A stretch of DNA of 64,000 nt from Myxococcota bacterium (GTDB lineage: Bacteria; Myxococcota_A; UBA9042), in assembly GCA_049317445.1 (NCBI GenBank), contig JBMOIG010000004.1, forward strand, positions 5,182-69,181, in the 5' to 3' direction. Below, in pieces: positions 57,273-64,000 of this stretch. Made by a program: the position numbers and the translations under genes. Under the pieces are notes generated by a model, which was given only the letters and a program-made list of their open reading frames with translations, did not search any database and had not been told where the DNA came from. Within the stretch, counting starts at the first letter, position 1. Each line of letters opens with the position of its first letter.

Positions 57273-58121
57273 CTACGCCACCGCATCTCGCTTCACCACT
57301 CGCCGCCCAGCCAGCAGCACCGCGACGGTGCCGACGATCGCCGGCCAGCCCAGACCAAGCCCATACGTCCACTGCGGTCCCAGCTGATTCGCGATCCAGA
57401 ATCCGACCGGCCCGAGCAGGGACAGGTCAGGATCGACGGCGGCCAGCACCGCCAGCCGGGCAGCCTCTACAGGGTTGAGTGCCGCAAGTCCGAAGACCAC
57501 CGGAGTCGGCACGCGCCACTGAAGGAGCAGGCCGATCAGCGCAAAGTCGTGCAGCGCCGCCGAAGCCAGCCAAACCAGCAGGGCCAGCACCACGGCGCGC
57601 TCAAGCGTTTTCGCCACCGACGAAATCCACAGGCCGACGCCCAGGTACGCCCACAGCAGCGTCACCGAGACCAGCAGCGCGTGCACCGTCATCGGCACCA
57701 GCGCCTGGTCCAGCGGGTCCAACAGACTGCCGGCCAGTGCCGCCACCGCGAGCATGGCCACCAGAGGCGCGAGCAGCACGGCCGCCCGGGCCAGCACCAG
57801 ACCAGCGAACCAGTCGCTTCGTCGCAACGGCGCCACCAACAGCAGCTCCAAGTGCCCGGATGCTCTCGCCTTCGTCACCGCTTGGCAGCTCGCGACAAGC
57901 GCAACCAGTGGCACGGCCAGTACTGCGGCGTTGGCCATGTGCAGTACAACGCGGGACAAGCCGGTGAAGCCCAGCACCGACGACTCGCGAAGTCCAAGCC
58001 AGATGAACGAACCGAAGACCAGCGCGTAGATTGCTGTCGTGAACTGCAGCCACCGTGACCGCAGCGAGTCCGCCCCTTCCAGACGTGCCACCACCAGAAT
58101 CCGCCGCCAGCGAGGAAGCAT
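57273..58121 (-). CDS. nosY: ABC transporter permease NosY
   Basis: Multi-TM protein with LELLLVAPLRR and LNPVEAARL, located in the nos cluster. Confidence 0.85.
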   Translation of the reverse strand: MLPRWRRILVVARLEGADSLRSRWLQFTTAIYALVFGSFIWLGLRESSVLGFTGLSRVVLHMANAAVLAVPLVALVASCQAVTKARASGHLELLLVAPLRRSDWFAGLVLARAAVLLAPLVAMLAVAALAGSLLDPLDQALVPMTVHALLVSVTLLWAYLGVGLWISSVAKTLERAVVLALLVWLASAALHDFALIGLLLQWRVPTPVVFGLAALNPVEAARLAVLAAVDPDLSLLGPVGFWIANQLGPQWTYGLGLGWPAIVGTVAVLLAGRRVVKRDAVA

Positions 58122-58568
58122 CTACTTCACCCCCAGCCGCTTGTGCACGGCCGCAACGACTTGGGTCCACGAGACTTGTGGTTGGGGGGGGCGAATGGTG
58201 AGGGGATTGGCCACCCCCGCGAAACCAAAAGCCATGGGCGTTCCAGGTACGCGGACGTACGCCGCCTGCTCGGCCGGCAGCCAGCCGGTACCTTGCGGGG
58301 GCTGATCGAACCGGCGCACCCAGCGCGACCGGGTCTTGCGCGGGTGTTCGGCGTCCCAAGCGACCATACAGCCCAGGTCGTCGAAGAACAGACGGTCCCC
58401 CTCAGCGGTCAGCTCTTGCGCTCCATGAAGGCGATCAGAAAGGAGCATCGCGCAGTAATCACACGGCTGCTTGCCCCACACCGGCTGCTCCGGAGTCGGC
58501 GCGTCCTGCCGACATCCCTGCAGCATGAATCCGAACAGCATCGTCAACTCGATGATCTTGCGAACCAT
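58122..58568 (-). CDS. nosL: Copper chaperone lipoprotein NosL
   Basis: Lipobox LQGC. Motifs CDYCAM, FFDDLGCM and TPMAFG. Confidence 0.85.
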   Translation of the reverse strand: MVRKIIELTMLFGFMLQGCRQDAPTPEQPVWGKQPCDYCAMLLSDRLHGAQELTAEGDRLFFDDLGCMVAWDAEHPRKTRSRWVRRFDQPPQGTGWLPAEQAAYVRVPGTPMAFGFAGVANPLTIRPPQPQVSWTQVVAAVHKRLGVK

Positions 58569-58584
58569 CCTGAACCTCCCACCA

Positions 58585-59481
58585 TCACGCGTCCGGTGGC
58601 GACGCATCACACCAGCGCTCATCGTCAACCACCTGCAGGTCCTCGACCTCAGCACCCAACGTCAACACAAGCGCCGTCACTTCGAGTTTCTCTGCCTGCG
58701 TGCACGCCCGTCGCCAAGTTCGCCCGCCCACAGCTTCGAAGCCCCACTGCCGCAATTGCTCATCCGCGCGCAGGGCGTCGGTCTGGACACGTGTTCGGAT
58801 CTGCACGCGGCTCAGCGCTCGGTCGCCCAGGACGTTGGCCAGACGCGCGTCTCGGACCAACCGACCCTCCTGCAACTCCACCACGCGGTCGACCAACTGC
58901 CGGACCTCTTCGCTGCGATGGGAGCACAGCACCAGCACGCTGTCGGCCGGGCGCCGCTCAACCAGGGCGAAGAAGGCCAATCGTGCGGCCTCGTCCAGGT
59001 TGGCGGTCGGCTCATCGCACACCAGAATTGGGCTGTCGGACGCAAGGGCCAGCGCCGCCAGCACCTTTTGCTTGGTGCCGCCGGACAGGTCGCGCAGTCG
59101 CACGTCCGCAACCTTGGCGTAGTCGATGCCCAGGGTCTCTGCCAACTCGGCCACGCGACGGTCACTGCCTCCGCGAAGGCCGGTGCAGGCCCGGACCAGT
59201 TCGCGCACCGGGGCGTCCAGCGGTGGCGCCACCTGGGGGATGTAGGCGACGTCGCGCAGGGCCAGATCCGGCCGCTTCCGCACGTCCACGCCCCCGACAG
59301 TCGCGCGCCCTTGCATGTCCAGCAGGCCCAACATCGCGCGCATCAACGTAGTCTTGCCCGATCCATTCGAGCCCACGAAGGCCACCCGCTCACCAGCACG
59401 CAACTGCACAGACACGTCGGTCAACGCGTGCACCGCGCCGAACCGCTTGCTGACGTGCTGGATGTCGACCAAAGGGTGCAC
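58585..59481 (-). CDS. nosF: ABC transporter ATPase NosF
   Basis: Motifs GSNGSGKT, LSGGTKQK and CDEPTANLD. GTG start with GGAGGA RBS. Confidence 0.88.
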   Translation of the reverse strand: MHPLVDIQHVSKRFGAVHALTDVSVQLRAGERVAFVGSNGSGKTTLMRAMLGLLDMQGRATVGGVDVRKRPDLALRDVAYIPQVAPPLDAPVRELVRACTGLRGGSDRRVAELAETLGIDYAKVADVRLRDLSGGTKQKVLAALALASDSPILVCDEPTANLDEAARLAFFALVERRPADSVLVLCSHRSEEVRQLVDRVVELQEGRLVRDARLANVLGDRALSRVQIRTRVQTDALRADEQLRQWGFEAVGGRTWRRACTQAEKLEVTALVLTLGAEVEDLQVVDDERWCDASPPDA

Positions 59482-59517
59482 GTTCCTCCTCCGCGGCGCC
59501 GGCGCGCCTGTCACCGA

Positions 59518-60879
59518 TCACCGCATCGTGTGGTGCGTTTGCATTCGTGGGCTGGCGTCGATCAAGAGGCGCTGGGATGTCAGCACAGGCACCGCTTGGG
59601 CGATCACGTCCAGGCTGGCGAGGGCGGCCGTGCCCCTCAGCACTTGCAGAGCGGGATGGGCGTCGGTCAGCGCGGCCGACAGTCGGCGGATCTCGTGCGC
59701 GACATCTCCCACCCCGTCGCCGTCCAGATCGAAGCCCGCGTAGTCAGACCAGTAGTTACCACTCACATCGACCGTGGTCGCGTCGCCGCCGCCATCGATC
59801 TGCGCAACTTCAGCGTTCTGCACCAAGTCGTTGTCGCGCAGGGTTACGCCGTGCGGCTGGGAGTGAAATCGCAGGGCAACTTGATTCAGCGCCAGCACGT
59901 TGTCGGCAAGCAGCACCGGGTGCTTGGGGTCGCGCGGACTCGAGTCCAGATAGCTGCCCACGGTGTTTGCCACTAGCCAGTTGCCGGTCACCGTGATGTC
60001 GTCGCTGTCCTTGAACCCCAGTCCCACACCTGCTGCACCGCGAGCCCCGGCCAGCACGTTGCCCTCGACGTGCAGCCGCTCGCTGTACATGACGAACACG
60101 CCGACCACATTGTCCAGCAGCGCCGACCGCAGCATCCGGGCGTCATGCGCGTACATGAAGTGCGTGCCGTAACGGCTTCCGCGCACCACGTTGCCGTCCA
60201 TCAGGACGTTGCGTGAGTACCAGACCACCACATCGCGTACGTTCTCGACCAAGCAGTGACGGACGCTGGAACCGTGAGATTCCCAAAGTTTGATGCCGTC
60301 GCCCCTGGCCTCGGCCTCGCCCTGGATGCCGCGTACGTGCAGCCGCTCTGCGACGCAGTCGTGACACTCGTTCAGCACAGCGCCGAACAGGACGCCGTCC
60401 AGGTCCAGCCTCTCCAACCGATGGCCCTGCCCCTGCGCCTTGATGGCCGAGTCCTCGTGCAAGTGGCTGCCGCCGACGCCCCGCACCGTCAAGTTCGCGA
60501 TCACGCTGTGGCGACCGCGCAGCTCGACCACCGTGCCTCGGCCACTGCCCTGAAGCACGGTGGCTGCACCGGCACCCCGCAGCTCGACCGTTCGCTCGAT
60601 CGTCCAGTCGCCGCGCCAAGTTCGCTCTGGCAGCCAGATGCGTGGCGGACCGTCGGAACGAACCAGCCACTCGCGCAGCTGTTCCTCGTCCCGCGGGACG
60701 ACAAAGCCCTCGGGGCGCTCAGTCCGCACGGGCCCAGCATCCACGTGGCCGTCCCGGAGCAACCCCGAAATGGGCAGGCGCGTCAGGTCCTTGATGGGCC
60801 GCACCGCAGACGTCTCGCCCGCGCACGCCGCCAACAGTCCCAGCAGCGACACGGTCAAGAGGGTGGGGCGCAGGGTCAT
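59518..60879 (-). CDS. nosD: Nitrous oxide reductase maturation protein NosD
   Basis: Beta-helix repeats with RGDGIKLW, SRYGTHFMYA and GNYWSDYAGFDLDGDGVGD. Confidence 0.9.
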   Translation of the reverse strand: MTLRPTLLTVSLLGLLAACAGETSAVRPIKDLTRLPISGLLRDGHVDAGPVRTERPEGFVVPRDEEQLREWLVRSDGPPRIWLPERTWRGDWTIERTVELRGAGAATVLQGSGRGTVVELRGRHSVIANLTVRGVGGSHLHEDSAIKAQGQGHRLERLDLDGVLFGAVLNECHDCVAERLHVRGIQGEAEARGDGIKLWESHGSSVRHCLVENVRDVVVWYSRNVLMDGNVVRGSRYGTHFMYAHDARMLRSALLDNVVGVFVMYSERLHVEGNVLAGARGAAGVGLGFKDSDDITVTGNWLVANTVGSYLDSSPRDPKHPVLLADNVLALNQVALRFHSQPHGVTLRDNDLVQNAEVAQIDGGGDATTVDVSGNYWSDYAGFDLDGDGVGDVAHEIRRLSAALTDAHPALQVLRGTAALASLDVIAQAVPVLTSQRLLIDASPRMQTHHTMR

Positions 60880-61604
60880 TGTTGTTCCCTGCCGGGCGCC
60901 GTCGCGGGCGGTTGGGGCGGCGCGATGACAAAGTGGCTGGGACAGGTGCCACCACAGGTGCTGGTCAGCGGGCAGGTTCGACAGATGCGGTAGCGCCAGA
61001 ACGTAGCGGCCAGCATCGCGGCCAAGGCGGCCAGGCTTAGCCAGAAGCCCGCCAGCGGCATCGCGTAGGTGCTGAATTGGCCAATTCGGCCCCAACCGAA
61101 GAACGCGGGGGTGAACGCCGGGATGTTCAGCGGTGCGTGGCGGTCCAGACTGTGCCCAAAGTGGTAGAGCCAGGCCATGCTGTCGCCCACGAAGCCGACG
61201 GGAAGGCCCAAGGCAGGCAGCAGCACGGCCCAGTTCCATCGCTTGCCCAGCACCAATACCGCCACGACCGACGACAAGGCCACGAAACCGAGGGCGTAGA
61301 CAGCCAGGCGTCGCTCAATCGCTGCCGCCTGGTCCAGACCCTTCATGCCGATGTAGTGATTCAGCATGTTGATTTCGCGGACGTCACGCCCCAGGCCGGT
61401 CAGCGAGATGTCGAGCACCAGACCGTTGGGGTACTGCGGCGCGAACAGGTGCAGCTGCCACCAGGGCTGGAAGAAGGCCGCGACCCAGAGGCCGACCGCC
61501 AGCCCGCACAGCAGCAGGACGAACCGACGCTGCCACGACAGGTGCGGCCGTGTTGGCGGCGGAGACTCGGGCGTGCGGGGCGATGAGTAGATGCGCGTGG
61601 CCAT
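60876..61604 (-). CDS. nosB: Clade II nos membrane protein (NosB-like) with a C-terminal Cys cluster
   Basis: Motifs LFAPQYPNGL, EINMLNHYIGM and WLYHFGHSLD...APL. Tail CRTCPLTSTCGGTC. Confidence 0.82.
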   Translation of the reverse strand: MATRIYSSPRTPESPPPTRPHLSWQRRFVLLLCGLAVGLWVAAFFQPWWQLHLFAPQYPNGLVLDISLTGLGRDVREINMLNHYIGMKGLDQAAAIERRLAVYALGFVALSSVVAVLVLGKRWNWAVLLPALGLPVGFVGDSMAWLYHFGHSLDRHAPLNIPAFTPAFFGWGRIGQFSTYAMPLAGFWLSLAALAAMLAATFWRYRICRTCPLTSTCGGTCPSHFVIAPPQPPATAPGREQQ

Positions 61605-61610
61605 GACGGG

Positions 61611-62042
61611 TCACCGTGTCTTCAAGAACGCAAGCAAGTGCGGCAACTCGGTATCGACCGCGACGTTCTGGTTCGCCATCGCGACCATGTGGATGCCCAG
61701 CAGCAGCTTGGCCTGCGGGTCCTCTTTCACCATGACCTCAGGCTTCAGCATCATCCGCGCCATCCAGCGAACCGACCGGCGCTTGCCGACCCCTTCCAGA
61801 CCGGGACCGACCAGCTTGACTGCGGTCAGGAGGTGGCAGGCTCTGCAGCCCTTCGTAGCAAACAGCGCTTCGCCCTTCTTGGCGTCACCGTCGGCGACCA
61901 GGTCGTCCAGATTGTCCGGCACCACGATGGTGACGGGGCCGTCGGCGGGGTCAGGTGCGTCGCTGCCTGGGGCCTTGCCGCACGCGGTTGTGAGGCTCGC
62001 CGCGCACAGCGTCCACACAAGGGTCATGTATCCGATCTTCAT
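61611..62042 (-). CDS. Monoheme cytochrome c lipoprotein
   Basis: Lipobox LTTAC, CRACH, LVGPGL and a Met-rich distal region. Confidence 0.9.
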   Translation of the reverse strand: MKIGYMTLVWTLCAASLTTACGKAPGSDAPDPADGPVTIVVPDNLDDLVADGDAKKGEALFATKGCRACHLLTAVKLVGPGLEGVGKRRSVRWMARMMLKPEVMVKEDPQAKLLLGIHMVAMANQNVAVDTELPHLLAFLKTR

Positions 62043-62088
62043 GGTGTTCCTGTGCCGACAAGCGCCGACCGGGGGAGACGAAGGCGTG

Positions 62089-62130
62089 GCTGCAGGGGGA
62101 GCCGGGTCCCCCAGGGAACTCCCCCGCAGC
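62089..62130. terminator. Stem-loop immediately downstream of nosZ (terminator or mRNA stabiliser)
   Basis: GCTGCAGGGGGAG ... CTCCCCCGCAGC, a 12-bp stem with one bulge. Confidence 0.55.
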
Positions 62131-62139
62131 CCGCATGTG

Positions 62140-64000
62140 CTATCTGTTTCCAACCGGGGCAGCGGCCGCACCGGGTCCGCCGGGAGCGGTGGCCGGTACA
62201 GCTACCGCCGGCGCAGCGGCAGCTTTGGGCTTGACGAGGAAGTAGCCCGCCATTTCGAGGTGGAGCGCGGAGCAGAACTCCGTGCAGTACATGGGGAACA
62301 CGCCAGCTGAGTCGGCCACGAACGTGACGTTCTCATGCTTGCCCGGCTCCATGCTCAGGTTGATGTTGTACATGTTCAGCGCGAAGCCGTGAGTCTGGTC
62401 CTCGGCCTGTTCCAATGAGGTCAGGTGCAAGTGCACCGTCTCGCCCTCGTCGACCTCGATGCGGTCTGGAGTAAAGTGGCTGCGGATCGCCGTCATGTAG
62501 ACGTGGACGCCGTCCGCCTTGCGCTCGATGCGCTCCTGACCCGACTCGACCGCCAGGGGATCTTTCTCTCCGGTGTAGATGTTGGTGCCCGGCTTGTAGA
62601 TCTTGATGGGATGCAGCTTGTCTGCCTTGATCATCTGCGAATAGTGGGGCTCGCCGATGCCAATGGGGGCGTCCACCAGCAGTCGCATCTTGTCGCCGGT
62701 CGTGTCGAGCAACTGGAAGTTCTGCGGGTACAGAGGTCCCACGTCGTTGAAGCGGTCGATCGCCATCTTGTTCATGGCCACGACGTACTTGCCATCCGGA
62801 CTGACCGTGTCGCCCTCGGCTGCCATGATGTGGCCGATGTTGTAGTGGACCGGCAGCTTCTCGACGACCTTCATCGTCTTCAGGTCCCACTTGGCAACAA
62901 CGGACTCCAGAAACACGCTGGTGTAGGCGAAACCCTTGTCGTCAAACACGGTGTGCAGCGGTCCGAGACCGATCTCGACCTGCCCGTCGATCGCATCCTT
63001 GAAGGCGAGAATCGGGATGCCGTACGCGTCCTTGCCCTCGAACTTCTTCTGGTCGATCAACGCCTTGATCTTGGCGAAGTTGAAGATCGTCCCGTGGGTA
63101 TCCAGCTTGCCGCCGACCACGATCTGCTTGCCGTCCGGCGTCACGTCGCAGCCGTGGGGCGACTTGGGCTCGCCGACCAGCGTCAGCACGCCCTCTGCGG
63201 CGGCGACGCTCATGCGCAGGACCTTCACGCCCTCAATGACCTCGTACTTGCCCGCCTTGACCAGTTCCTCGGCCTTGCGCCAGTTCATGATGTGCAGGTA
63301 GTCCATGTCGTTCTGCGACGCGCCGGCTTCGATGGGAGGCTGCTTCTCAAGCGTGCCGCCGGTCGCCATCTCGGTGTTGAACGAGTTGACGAATGCCCAG
63401 CCGTCCGAACCGATCTTGCCGGCGTCCGCCAGGTCCTGCGTGTACGGAGGCAGTTCGATGGCCCATGAGTTTGCGACGTCGATGCGGCCCTTGGCGCGGT
63501 CGAACTTCCAGTACATCGCAAGTCCGCGATACTTCTCCTTGTACTCGCTGATCGGTGCGTACTTGCGGCCGAACGGCACGGGGTACTGGCTCGTTTCGAT
63601 GATGTAGTTCGTGTTCGGGTCGACGAACGCGCCGCCATGGTCACTGCCGACCAGCGGGTTGGCGACAATCTGCTTGGTGTTGAAGTCTTCGAGGTCGACC
63701 ACCGCCACGCGACCGTTGGACTTGTCATTCACGAACAGGTACTTGCCGTCGTAGTCACCCTTTGTTTCGCTCAAATTGGGGTGGTGCACGTCGGCCCACG
63801 TCAGCTTGTGACCGTTCTGGTTGCCCTGCTCGAGGACCTTGTTCGACTCGCCGCCATAGCCGTAGCCCTGCCAGGGCTCCGGTGTGAAGACGGCGATGAC
63901 CTTCAGCAGGCGCATCGACGGCACTCCCATCACCAGCACCTGACCGCCGTGACCTCCCGAGGCGAAGATCAGGTAGTCGTCGCGTTTGCCCGTGGGTACG
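62140..64000 (-). CDS. nosZ: Nitrous oxide reductase, clade II; 5' end lies beyond the window
   Basis: CuZ-type His motifs DVHH, DHG, SPHG, GPLH and EPH. CuA site THG...CTEFCSALHLEM. VFTPEPWQGYG signature. The frame is open to the window edge. Confidence 0.96.
   Translation of the reverse strand, partial: VPTGKRDDYLIFASGGHGGQVLVMGVPSMRLLKVIAVFTPEPWQGYGYGGESNKVLEQGNQNGHKLTWADVHHPNLSETKGDYDGKYLFVNDKSNGRVAVVDLEDFNTKQIVANPLVGSDHGGAFVDPNTNYIIETSQYPVPFGRKYAPISEYKEKYRGLAMYWKFDRAKGRIDVANSWAIELPPYTQDLADAGKIGSDGWAFVNSFNTEMATGGTLEKQPPIEAGASQNDMDYLHIMNWRKAEELVKAGKYEVIEGVKVLRMSVAAAEGVLTLVGEPKSPHGCDVTPDGKQIVVGGKLDTHGTIFNFAKIKALIDQKKFEGKDAYGIPILAFKDAIDGQVEIGLGPLHTVFDDKGFAYTSVFLESVVAKWDLKTMKVVEKLPVHYNIGHIMAAEGDTVSPDGKYVVAMNKMAIDRFNDVGPLYPQNFQLLDTTGDKMRLLVDAPIGIGEPHYSQMIKADKLHPIKIYKPGTNIYTGEKDPLAVESGQERIERKADGVHVYMTAIRSHFTPDRIEVDEGETVHLHLTSLEQAEDQTHGFALNMYNINLSMEPGKHENVTFVADSAGVFPMYCTEFCSALHLEMAGYFLVKPKAAAAPAVAVPATAPGGPGAAAAPVGNR

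Overview
Very GC-rich, gene-dense bacterial window, most likely from a Myxococcota/deltaproteobacterial lineage (inferred from the Cys-rich lipoproteins, PxxKW protein, Stp1-type PP2C and PEGA-like proteins). Housekeeping genes: THUMP methyltransferase, rsmE, prmA, biotin carboxylase and carrier, ftsY, lepB, zapA, a ygfA-like gene, moaA, trpS, dapA, pduO and an acyl-CoA dehydrogenase. These are interleaved with at least seven large exported lipoproteins that carry Asp/Thr-rich linkers, six of them Cys-rich or Cys-containing plus a GH57. The right end holds a clade II nitrous-oxide reductase cluster (nosZ, truncated by the window edge, then cytochrome c, nosB, nosD, nosF, nosL, nosY and a fasciclin lipoprotein). 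The most striking observation is at 35873-37604. An E1/ThiF enzyme keeps the ATP-binding motifs but lacks the N-terminal RYxRQ arginine-finger helix. The overlapping next gene has exactly that helix, lacks the P-loop and is fused to a JAB/MPN protease. This suggests an obligate heterodimeric E1 resembling eukaryotic SAE1/SAE2 or NAE1/UBA3, with no ubiquitin-like gene in the window. Other leads are a surface lipoprotein with a caspase/CHAT-like His-Cys dyad, a laforin/SEX4-like phosphatase, a NosB with a SPASM-like 4-Cys tail, a degenerate ygfA with no evident 6S RNA, a tandem CcmH-like protein and two unannotated small proteins. No tRNA, rRNA, CRISPR array or transposase was recognised. All calls come from reading the sequence; no database searches were run.
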